35,721 nt of DNA, taken from assembly GCA_030838815.1 (NCBI GenBank), contig JAUZEX010000700.1, positions 1 through 35,721 on the forward strand. The letters run 5' to 3'. How positions within the stretch are numbered: the first letter of the stretch is position 1; each line of letters begins with the position of its first letter. Below the pieces are notes generated by a model. That model made no database searches. It had not been told where the DNA came from and saw only the letters and a list, made by a program, of their open reading frames with translations. Of the stretch, positions 23,428 through 31,079 are shown one piece after another. This DNA is from Actinomycetota bacterium. GTDB lineage: Bacteria > Actinomycetota > Acidimicrobiia > IMCC26256 > BP-133. Position numbers and translations under genes: made by a program.

Positions 23428-25704
23428 GTGCTCGGAAAGCCGATCCTTCGGGTCGAGGACGCGCCGCTGCTGCTGGGAGCCGGCCTCTGGACGGACGACC
23501 TGGTGCTGCCGGGTCAGCTCCACGTCGTCTTCGTCCGCAGCAACGAGGCCCACGCGCTGGTCCTCGCCGTCGACACCGACGATGCACGACAGGTTCCGGG
23601 GGTGGTCGGCGTGTGGACCGCCGAAGACCTCGACCCGCCGCCCGCCATACCCACCGGGGCCGGGTATCTGCCGCTCCCGGGTCTGGAACAGCCGGTTCTG
23701 GCCCGCCACCGGGTTCGCTACGTGGGTGAGCCGGTGGCGGCGGTGGTGGCCGAGAGTCGTGCCGCGGCGGTGGATGCCGCCGAGGCGGTCGTCGTGACCT
23801 ACGACCCGCTCCCGGCCGTGGTCGATCCGTCGGCGGCGATGCGGGATGACGCACCGACGCTGTTCCCGGACCTCGGGACCAATGTGATCGTCGACGAGAA
23901 CTCGGACCCCGTGCCCGACGGCTTCTTCGACGAGGCAGACGTCATCGTCGACGTGGAGAACGTCAACCACCGGGTGGCTTCCGTGCCGATGGAGCCCAGG
24001 GCGGTGGTGGTCGGGGCCCATCCGGAGACCGGTGAACTCACACTCTGGCTGACGAGCCAGCACCCCCACAAAGTGCGCGACGACGTGATCGCCCTCCTCG
24101 GGCTAGACGACGACGAGTTGCGGGTCATCGCCCCCGAGGTCGGCGGGGGGTTCGGGCCAAAAGCCATGCTGCATCCCGAAGAGGTCGTGCTCGTCATGCT
24201 GGCTCGATTGCTCGGGCGGCCGGTGAAATGGTGCGAGACCCGCAGCGAGCACATGGTGGCCACGCAGCACGGCCGGGCCCAGGTCCACCGCTGGCGCGTC
24301 GGAGCCAAGAGCGACGGAACGCTCGTGGCCATCGCCGGCGATGTCCTCGGTGACGCCGGGGCCTACCCCAGCCTGGCCGCACGGCTGGTCTCGGTCACCG
24401 CCCAGATGGCGCCGGGGTGTTACCGCATCCCGCGGGTGCACCTCCGCGGCCGGGTGGTCGTCACCAACACCACCCCCGTCGGGCCGTTCCGCGGTGCCGG
24501 TCGCCCCGAGGCGGCCTTCTCCATCGAGCGGGCCGTCGACGAGGTGGCCCGACGCCTGGCCCTGGACCCGGTGGAGGTGCGCCGGCGGAACTTCATCCGC
24601 CCGGACGAGTTCCCCTACACCACCGCCACGGAGATGACGTACGACAGCGGTGACTACGAGGCGGTGCTCGACGCCCTCGTCGGCGCGCTGGACCTCGAAA
24701 CGCTTCGCAAGGACCAGGCGCAACGGTTGGAGCGCGGTGGCCCGCTGCTCGGCGTGGGCATCGCCACTTACGTGGAGATCTCCGGCTCGCTGGGTCTCGG
24801 TGAGGACGCCGTCGTGGAGATCATCGAGGGCGGCCGGGTCGAGGTGCGCACCGGCACGTCTCCCCACGGCCAGGGCCACCGGACGGTATGGGCCCAGATC
24901 GCCGCCTCCCTCCTCGGCGTCGACGTGGAGTCGGTCGACGTGGTCCACGGGGATACCCGGCTCGTCCCCCAGGGGGGCGGCACGACCGGGAGCCGTTCCG
25001 CCCAGTTCGGCGGTTCGGCCGTGTTCCGGGCCTCCGAGCTCATGGTCGAGCGTCTCCGGAGTCTGGCCGCCGATCTGCTGGAGGCGGCGCCGGGTGACAT
25101 CGAGTTGGCCGGCGGCGCCGCCCACGTCCGGGGCGCGCCGGCGATCAGCGTCCCGTTCGCCGACCTTCGGGCGGCGGCAGTCGACGAGGAGTCGCTGCGC
25201 ACCGCCTTCTTCTTCGACCAGGACAACTGGACGTACCCTGGGGGCGCGCACGGCGTGGTGGTCGAGGTGGACACCGAAACCGGCCTGGTGACGCCGGTGC
25301 GGGTGGTGGCGGTGGACGACTGCGGCACGATTCTCAACCCCTTGATCGTGGAGGGCCAGGTCCACGGCGGCGTCGCCCAGGGTCTGGCCCAGGCCCTCTG
25401 GGAGGAGGTCCAATACACCCCGGAGGGCCAGCCGCTGACGACGACGTTGCTGGACTATCTGGTGCCGTCGGCCTGTGAGGTGCCGCCCATCGAGACGATG
25501 ACCGTCGAGACTCCGTCGCCTCTCAACCCGCTGGGGGCAAAGGGCATCGGCGAGGCGGGGGCGGTGGGGATGACCCCGGCCGTGGTCAACGCCGTGCTCG
25601 ACGCGCTGGCGCCGCTGGGAGTGCGGGACCTGGCGATGCCGCTGACGCCCGAGCGGGTCTGGCGGGCAGTGGCCGAAGCCCGGGGAGACGGTATCCGGAC
25701 GTGA
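23428..25704 (+). CDS. Molybdopterin-dependent hydroxylase large subunit (xanthine dehydrogenase/CoxL-like family)
   Basis: 758 aa. N-terminus GKPILRVEDAPLLLGAG.W..D, PFRGAGRPEA active-site-loop region, and C-terminal PLNPLGAKGIGEAG. I see no N-terminal [2Fe-2S] domains. Confidence 0.85.
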   Translation: MLGKPILRVEDAPLLLGAGLWTDDLVLPGQLHVVFVRSNEAHALVLAVDTDDARQVPGVVGVWTAEDLDPPPAIPTGAGYLPLPGLEQPVLARHRVRYVGEPVAAVVAESRAAAVDAAEAVVVTYDPLPAVVDPSAAMRDDAPTLFPDLGTNVIVDENSDPVPDGFFDEADVIVDVENVNHRVASVPMEPRAVVVGAHPETGELTLWLTSQHPHKVRDDVIALLGLDDDELRVIAPEVGGGFGPKAMLHPEEVVLVMLARLLGRPVKWCETRSEHMVATQHGRAQVHRWRVGAKSDGTLVAIAGDVLGDAGAYPSLAARLVSVTAQMAPGCYRIPRVHLRGRVVVTNTTPVGPFRGAGRPEAAFSIERAVDEVARRLALDPVEVRRRNFIRPDEFPYTTATEMTYDSGDYEAVLDALVGALDLETLRKDQAQRLERGGPLLGVGIATYVEISGSLGLGEDAVVEIIEGGRVEVRTGTSPHGQGHRTVWAQIAASLLGVDVESVDVVHGDTRLVPQGGGTTGSRSAQFGGSAVFRASELMVERLRSLAADLLEAAPGDIELAGGAAHVRGAPAISVPFADLRAAAVDEESLRTAFFFDQDNWTYPGGAHGVVVEVDTETGLVTPVRVVAVDDCGTILNPLIVEGQVHGGVAQGLAQALWEEVQYTPEGQPLTTTLLDYLVPSACEVPPIETMTVETPSPLNPLGAKGIGEAGAVGMTPAVVNAVLDALAPLGVRDLAMPLTPERVWRAVAEARGDGIRT

Positions 25705-26606
25705 AGATCATCGACATCCACAGCCACTGCGTGTCGGGGAGCCGTCCGGCGGCCGACGTGGCCGGCGACCTCCTCCGATTGGCCGACCATGGCCTCGAGC
25801 GGTTGATGGTGATCATGGCGCCGGCCTTCGGGCGATCACAGGAGGAGATCGCCGCCCTGTTCCCGGAGGTGGCCCGCGACGTCGCCGCCCGTTCCGACGA
25901 CTTCGAGCTGTCGTTCGGCCTGAAGCTGCTCGACGCCCTCGGCCCCCGTCGCGATCTCGTGGCCCCCTACCTGGCCTTCCACACGTACTTTCCGGAAGTG
26001 GCGCGGGGCGGCGGCATCGGACCTGTGAGGGCCGTGCTCGACGAACTCGACGGCGTCGTGGCCGGGATCAAGCTCCACTACTTCGCGCTGGGGCCGGACG
26101 ATCCCATGGTCCGGCACTTCGGGGTGACGGATTGGGACCAGGCGCGGTTCGACGCCTTCACGGCCGCCCTGCTGGCCGAGGCCCGGGAACGGGAGATTCC
26201 CGCTGTCGTCCACGTGGACCTCCGGGACGCCGGGCCGGCCTTCGTGGACCTGGTCCGGCCCTACTCCGACGTGGCGTTGTGCCTCTGCCACTTCGGGTAC
26301 AGCCGGCGGCTATGCGCCGAGGTGCTTGAGGAGCTGCCCTGGCTGGTGACCGACATGTCGGGGATCGAGCTGCACCAGAGCATGTACGAGCGGTTGCCGG
26401 CCTATCACGAGTTCGTCACCCGCTTTGCCGGACGGGTGCTCTACGGCTCCGACCAGTACGTGTGCGACACCGCCGCGCTGCAGGGGGCATGGGGCCTCCT
26501 CGACGCCCTGGGACTGGGCGTCGAGGTCGACGAGCAGGTCCGCTACGCCAACGCTGAGCGGTTCCTCCGGCGGGAGTCGCGCCGGTCGGGCGTCAGCTTC
26601 CGGTAG
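25701..26606 (+). CDS. Amidohydro_2-type metal-dependent hydrolase/decarboxylase (TIM barrel)
   Basis: GTGA overlap with the upstream gene. IIDIHSHC at the N-terminus, later HVD, CHFG and GSDQY motifs consistent with PF04909-type enzymes. Confidence 0.75.
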   Translation: MKIIDIHSHCVSGSRPAADVAGDLLRLADHGLERLMVIMAPAFGRSQEEIAALFPEVARDVAARSDDFELSFGLKLLDALGPRRDLVAPYLAFHTYFPEVARGGGIGPVRAVLDELDGVVAGIKLHYFALGPDDPMVRHFGVTDWDQARFDAFTAALLAEAREREIPAVVHVDLRDAGPAFVDLVRPYSDVALCLCHFGYSRRLCAEVLEELPWLVTDMSGIELHQSMYERLPAYHEFVTRFAGRVLYGSDQYVCDTAALQGAWGLLDALGLGVEVDEQVRYANAERFLRRESRRSGVSFR

Positions 26607-26919
26607 CGCCGGGCTCCGCGTCGTCGAGCTGGAGGAAGCGGGACGTGACCCGCACGATGTCGCCGTCCACCTCCGCCCGTCCCGCATACGAAGTGAACGT
26701 CACCAGGATGTCCTCGACCGACACGTCCTCGCCGACCTCGTCGGACAGCTCCTCGACGTCCACGGCGATCTCGTCAGGGGCCTCCAGCATCCAATAGGCG
26801 CCCCGGTCGGTAATGGTGACGGGGTGACCGGAACGGCGCATCAGGGCGACGATGGCGTCCCCTTCGGTGCTCTTCATGAGTGCGACCCGAACGAAGTCCG
26901 CCCCGTGTTCGACAGCCAT
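26593..26919 (-). CDS. Soluble diiron monooxygenase coupling/effector protein (MmoB/DmpM family)
   Basis: 108 aa with ITDRGAYWMLEAPDEIAVDVEELSDEVGEDVSVEDILVTFTSYAGRAEVDGDIVRVTSRF, the typical MmoB/DmpM pattern. Confidence 0.85.
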   Translation of the reverse strand: MAVEHGADFVRVALMKSTEGDAIVALMRRSGHPVTITDRGAYWMLEAPDEIAVDVEELSDEVGEDVSVEDILVTFTSYAGRAEVDGDIVRVTSRFLQLDDAEPGATGS

Positions 26920-26920
26920 C

Positions 26921-27931
26921 TCAGTTCACCCCCGCCGGGACGCCCAAGCTGGATCCGGCCAGCAGGGAACGCCAGGCCGCTTCCACCGTTGAGCGGGCCT
27001 CGCCGGTGTCGACGCCGACCCGCTCGGCCACCGGGGCCAGGGTCTCCATAGCGGCGACGATCTCCGGGTACCAGCTCGTGAGCCATCCTTCGACAAGTCC
27101 CCGGTTGTGCTCCCCGTGGGTCTCGTCGTCGAGGACCAGGCTGGCGAACGACACCATGGCGGCGATGTTTAGCTGCCGGTCGTTCTCGGCCTCGCCCAGG
27201 ATCGCCGGCGTGGTCACGTCGCGATGGGCAGCGGCCGCCTGCCAGAGCAACTCGTTGAAGAGGAACCGGCTGAGGAGTGGTTCCACCAGGAGGTTGACGA
27301 CGAGCGCCACCTCGGCCCAGTCCGATGTGGCGTTGATGTGCTCGACCAGCGCCCGGAGGCCCTGGAGGGCCGGGTCTTCGAGCCAACGCGAAAGGCGGAC
27401 GTCGGCGCCGACCGGCACCCCGGCCTCGGCAAGGTCGTAGTGGTAGAAGACGATGTCCTGGGCGTGCCGCTCCTTGTCCGAGGAGTTGAGGATCAACGTC
27501 AGCATCACCATGTCCGACAGCGCGATTCCCGCCGCGTGCATCAGCGCCCGGGAGAGGCCTCGCTCGAAGAAGGCGGCGGGGACGTAGACATCGCCGATCA
27601 CGCCCTCGGCCCATTCCGCCGGCATCCGGCTCAGCCGACCGGCGTCGCGGGCGGAGGCCAGGGCCCGCTCCAGGCCTCGTTCCTGTTCGGCCTGGCGCTT
27701 GATGTAGGGCCGTTGCCAGCGCTGCGCGGGGTCCCGGAAGGCGTACCAGTTCTCCGACCGGAGGGCGGTGCTGTCGGCCGGCCACCCCGCCCGCTTGGCG
27801 ACGGGATGGTCCATCGACGTCTCCAGCGGCAGGATGTACTGATTGAGCGCCTCGTACTCCGAGAGCCTCCGCCCCATCGGGGTGATGTAGAAGAAGTCGC
27901 GGGGGCCGTCGAAGGGACCCTTCTCGCTCAT
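26921..27931 (-). CDS. Soluble diiron monooxygenase beta (small) subunit
   Basis: ATG 27931 (MSEKGPFDGPRDFFYITPMGRRLSEYE...NWYAFRDPAQRWQRPYIKRQ) overlaps the alpha-subunit stop (ATGA). About 336 aa. The rest of the 854-aa track ORF is the out-of-frame shadow of the alpha gene. Confidence 0.8.
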   Translation of the reverse strand: MSEKGPFDGPRDFFYITPMGRRLSEYEALNQYILPLETSMDHPVAKRAGWPADSTALRSENWYAFRDPAQRWQRPYIKRQAEQERGLERALASARDAGRLSRMPAEWAEGVIGDVYVPAAFFERGLSRALMHAAGIALSDMVMLTLILNSSDKERHAQDIVFYHYDLAEAGVPVGADVRLSRWLEDPALQGLRALVEHINATSDWAEVALVVNLLVEPLLSRFLFNELLWQAAAAHRDVTTPAILGEAENDRQLNIAAMVSFASLVLDDETHGEHNRGLVEGWLTSWYPEIVAAMETLAPVAERVGVDTGEARSTVEAAWRSLLAGSSLGVPAGVN

Positions 27932-29481
27932 CGCGCCGACCCTCCATTCTGCGACTCGCCGTAGACGCGGGCCGGGTTCTCGATGGCGACGTCGTGCCGG
28001 CGGATGTCGTCGATGGTCCAGAGACGGTCGGACTCGAGGTGGGGCTGCCCCAGCAAGGTCTTTCCGTCGGCCCGCAGCAGCCCCTGCTTGATGATGAACT
28101 CCGAGAGGCTCCAGCCGTCGTAGCGTGTGTAGAAGGGCTTCCGGGGGAACTTCTCCGGGAACATCTGGAAGGCCATCTGGCAGAAGATCGAGCAGAACGA
28201 GTACCACTCGCCGTCCAGCTGTTCGAACGACGCCTCCCCCTCGTAGGGATCGGGCAGGTAACAGGGGGAGTTGCAGACCTGGCAGATGGGCGGCAGTTTG
28301 CCGCCCGGGAGGAGGCCGAACGGCGTCGCCCCGCTGGCCGGGTCGCTGGCCTCCTTGTACTGCTCCCAGAACTTCCCATAGGTCGAGTACCAACCGGGGT
28401 ACTTCTCTTCGAGCCACTCGAAGTCCCGGGGGCCCAACGGATCGAACCGATTGATGGCCAGGGGCCAGGCGCCGAAGTAGAAGACGGCCGAGGCGTGGCC
28501 CGCCAAGCGGCTGTGATCGCGGGCGAACTCCGCCGAGGCCGGCGGCTCGAGGCCGAACGGCTGCAGCCGGCCCATGTAGGCACCGACGAAGTTCTCCCAG
28601 ACCCACTCGTCCCAGATCTCTGCGTAGGAGCGAGCCCGGTTCGTCGGCATGTAGTCGTAGAGGACCCCGAAGTACCCGTTCAGCAGCACGCTGAACTGCA
28701 GGAAGGAGCCGTCGACCTCCGGCTGGAGCATCGGCAGGTTGTCGGGCTCGGACAGCACGGCGGCCAGGCCGGCGTAGCCGTTGGCCATGTGGCGGGCCTC
28801 GTCGGATTGAATGCTGAGGAACACCGTGGGTGTGACGTGGTCGGCGTTGGCGGCGGCAAGTTCGGTAACGGCGATGAAGATGGGGTTCGTGTAGGCGGTC
28901 TCCGCCATGGCCTGGAAGGAGATGGCGATGGTCATCGGGTCTTCGTTCCAGAGGCCCTCGGTGAAGGCGTGCATGGGGCCGAAGATCGGGAGGTCCCGGT
29001 CCCGCAGCTCGAAGGCCCGAGCGAACGCCTCCGGGTCCTCCCAGTGCTTCGCCCAGTAGCGCTGGAGGTACGTCTGCTGGTTGAAGTGACGGACCTCGTC
29101 CATCACCTGGGCCATGTAGCCGGATTTGAGCTCGGGGTTGTCGAGGGAATCCATGCACACCCGGGCGCCCTGCATCGCGCCGAGCTCCAGCTGCGTCAGG
29201 ATCGGCAGCATGAACTTGAGCGTCTCGATCCAACCCCGGTCCGCCCGGTCCGGCTGCCCGACCCGGTTGATGACGTCGGCGATCGAGCCGTACATCCGGT
29301 CGTCCTTCTCCTCCTCCATGGAGGAGTACTGCCGGATCAGGTGCTTGAACGGGTCCTTGGTGTGCTTCGGGATCTTGTACTTCGTCGGCCTCGGGTACGC
29401 CGTCTGGTGATACGTAGGGCTCCAGTCGAGGCCCTTCACGCGGTCGTGGACTGCGTTGAGACGTGTCACGGAAGACCTCAT
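27928..29481 (-). CDS. Soluble diiron monooxygenase alpha (catalytic) subunit
   Basis: Diiron motifs MDEVRH and SIQSDEARH. Also SMEEEKDDRMYG, DFEWLEEKYPGWY and DGKTLLGQPHL. Start set at ATG 29481 (AGGGGG upstream), although GTG 29511 is also possible. Confidence 0.9.
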   Translation of the reverse strand: MRSSVTRLNAVHDRVKGLDWSPTYHQTAYPRPTKYKIPKHTKDPFKHLIRQYSSMEEEKDDRMYGSIADVINRVGQPDRADRGWIETLKFMLPILTQLELGAMQGARVCMDSLDNPELKSGYMAQVMDEVRHFNQQTYLQRYWAKHWEDPEAFARAFELRDRDLPIFGPMHAFTEGLWNEDPMTIAISFQAMAETAYTNPIFIAVTELAAANADHVTPTVFLSIQSDEARHMANGYAGLAAVLSEPDNLPMLQPEVDGSFLQFSVLLNGYFGVLYDYMPTNRARSYAEIWDEWVWENFVGAYMGRLQPFGLEPPASAEFARDHSRLAGHASAVFYFGAWPLAINRFDPLGPRDFEWLEEKYPGWYSTYGKFWEQYKEASDPASGATPFGLLPGGKLPPICQVCNSPCYLPDPYEGEASFEQLDGEWYSFCSIFCQMAFQMFPEKFPRKPFYTRYDGWSLSEFIIKQGLLRADGKTLLGQPHLESDRLWTIDDIRRHDVAIENPARVYGESQNGGSAR

Positions 29482-29520
29482 CCAAACCCCCTGCAACGCC
29501 GGATACCGCACGCGGCTACT

Positions 29521-29537
29521 TAACTACTGGAAAGTTA
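29521..29537. promoter_or_regulatory. Operator-like dyad D: TAACT-N7-AGTTA
   Basis: TAACTACTGGAAAGTTA lies within CTACTTAACTACTGGAAAGTTAGCA. Its reverse complement shares CTAACTTTC with dyad C. Lies between the SDIMO alpha gene and the divergent TetR gene. Confidence 0.45.
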
Positions 29538-29611
29538 GCAAAGGGCACCCGGGGCGCCAAGGCAGGGGAACACAATTCTGTCCCCTCGTCGGCCTCTAGG
29601 ATGGTGACCCG

Positions 29612-30253
29612 GTGAACCGGAGCGACCCCTGGAGTCCCAAGCAGCTGGCTCGGCGGGCGCTGATCGTGGCCGCGGCGGTGGAGACGATGAGACGGGACGG
29701 CATCGCCGGATGCACCGTTCGGTCGATCGCCTCTGCGACGCCGTTCAGCAAAGGGACCGTTCACTACTACTTCGCCGACGTGCGGGAGATCGTCGACGCC
29801 GCCTACCTCCAGTTGACCGACGAATACGTGTCGGCCATCGACGCCGTGGCCGATGGGGAGACGCAGCCGGCTGAGGCGTTCTGGAGAGCGGTCCGGTCCT
29901 ACCTCGAGGGATTCAAGGTCCACCGCCGGCTGGGCCTCCTGTGGTTCGAGTACACCTCGTGGGCGGTCCGACACGAGGACCAGCAAGGGGTCGCCTCGTC
30001 CGTCGAGGCGATCCGGCGGATGTTCGAGAGACGGCTCCTGGCGATCGATCCCGACAAGGGCGACCGCGTCGTGGTGCTCGTCAGGTATCTCCTGGGAGCA
30101 GTGCTGGAGTTGAGCTCCTCTGGGGTTCCCGTGGAAGACCTGCTGGCCGACGTCGGGCGCATCTGCGGCCTCGAGGCCCCTCCCCGGCGCCGGCGCGCCG
30201 ATCACGCCCGGGACTGTCCGGTCTGCCGCCAACCCCGTCGGACGGGACCCTAA
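29612..30253 (+). CDS. TetR/AcrR-family transcriptional regulator
   Basis: 213 aa with a GTG start. HTH ALIVAAAVETMRRDGIAGCTVRSIASATPFSKGTVHYYFADVREIV. Confidence 0.8.
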   Translation: MNRSDPWSPKQLARRALIVAAAVETMRRDGIAGCTVRSIASATPFSKGTVHYYFADVREIVDAAYLQLTDEYVSAIDAVADGETQPAEAFWRAVRSYLEGFKVHRRLGLLWFEYTSWAVRHEDQQGVASSVEAIRRMFERRLLAIDPDKGDRVVVLVRYLLGAVLELSSSGVPVEDLLADVGRICGLEAPPRRRRADHARDCPVCRQPRRTGP

Positions 30254-30257
30254 AAAG

Positions 30258-30273
30258 CTGGACACATGTCCAG
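30258..30273. promoter_or_regulatory. 16-bp inverted repeat CTGGACA-CA-TGTCCAG (operator-like)
   Basis: Perfect 7-bp arms with a 2-nt centre. Sits 5 nt after the TetR stop and 20 nt before the crotonase GTG. The loop is too short for a stable terminator hairpin. Confidence 0.4.
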
Positions 30274-30293
30274 AGTTGTGACAGGGTCCGGCT

Positions 30294-31064
30294 GTGATCC
30301 AGATCGACCGGGGAGCGGTGGCCGTCGTCACCATCGACCGCCCCGAAGTCCGCAACGCCCTCGACATTCCGACCCTCCTCGAACTCGAAACGGCCTTCGC
30401 CGCCCTCGAGGGCGACGACGGGGTACGGGCGATCGTCGTCACCGGGGCCGGCGATCGGGCCTTCGTCGCCGGGGGCGACATCGGCGATCTGAACTCGCGC
30501 CAGGGCCTGGCCCACTACCGAGAATTCGCCGAGGTGATCCACCGGGTCTTCCGTCGCGTCGAACGGTGCCCGAAGCCGACCGTGGGGGCGGTCCGGGGTT
30601 ATGCCCTCGGCGGGGGAGTGGAGCTGCTCCTCGCCCTCGACATCCGCATCCTCGGCACGAGCGCCAAGCTCGGAGTGCCGGAGATCACCCTCGGGCTCTT
30701 CCCGGGCGCCGGAGGGACCCAGCGGCTCATCCGCCAGATCCCGCTCTGCCGAGCCAAGGAGCTCATGATGACCGGCGATGCCATCTCGGCCGAGGAGGCG
30801 GTGGCGATCGGGCTCGCCAACCGCGTCGTGTCCGACGAGGACGTCGTGGCCGCCGCCCGGGAAGTCGCCGAACGGATCGCCCAACGATCCCCGCTGGTCC
30901 TGTCGATGCTCAAACGCACGCTGGCTGAGGGGGCGGAGATGCCGCCGAGCGCCGCGCTGGCCTTCGAACAGGCGATGATCGGGCTCGTCCTCGACAGCGC
31001 TGACGCCCACGAAGGCTGCAGCGCGTTCCTGGAGCGTCGCCCGCCCCAGTTCACGGGATCATGA
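30294..31064 (+). CDS. Enoyl-CoA hydratase/isomerase (crotonase) family protein
   Basis: 256 aa with VVTIDRPEVRNAL...IVVTGAGDRAFVAGGDI...GYALGGGVELLLALD. Confidence 0.9.
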   Translation: MIQIDRGAVAVVTIDRPEVRNALDIPTLLELETAFAALEGDDGVRAIVVTGAGDRAFVAGGDIGDLNSRQGLAHYREFAEVIHRVFRRVERCPKPTVGAVRGYALGGGVELLLALDIRILGTSAKLGVPEITLGLFPGAGGTQRLIRQIPLCRAKELMMTGDAISAEEAVAIGLANRVVSDEDVVAAAREVAERIAQRSPLVLSMLKRTLAEGAEMPPSAALAFEQAMIGLVLDSADAHEGCSAFLERRPPQFTGS

Positions 31065-31079
31065 GTTGACGGCGCGGCG

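Noticed and set aside
26921-29485. 854-aa ORF that could be read as an SDIMO alpha-beta fusion
   Set aside because: Only the last ~336 codons (from ATG 27931) look like a beta subunit. The upstream 518 codons are an Arg/Pro-rich off-frame read of the alpha gene, whose own frame (27928-29481) carries the diiron motifs.
29565-29585. Imperfect inverted repeat GGGGAACA-N6-TGTCCCC upstream of the TetR gene at 29612, and a possible TAGGAT -10 (29597-29602) implying a near-leaderless transcript
   Set aside because: The arms are unequal (one bulged base), and I could not pair the -10 with a credible -35. It is plausible but under-supported without TSS data.
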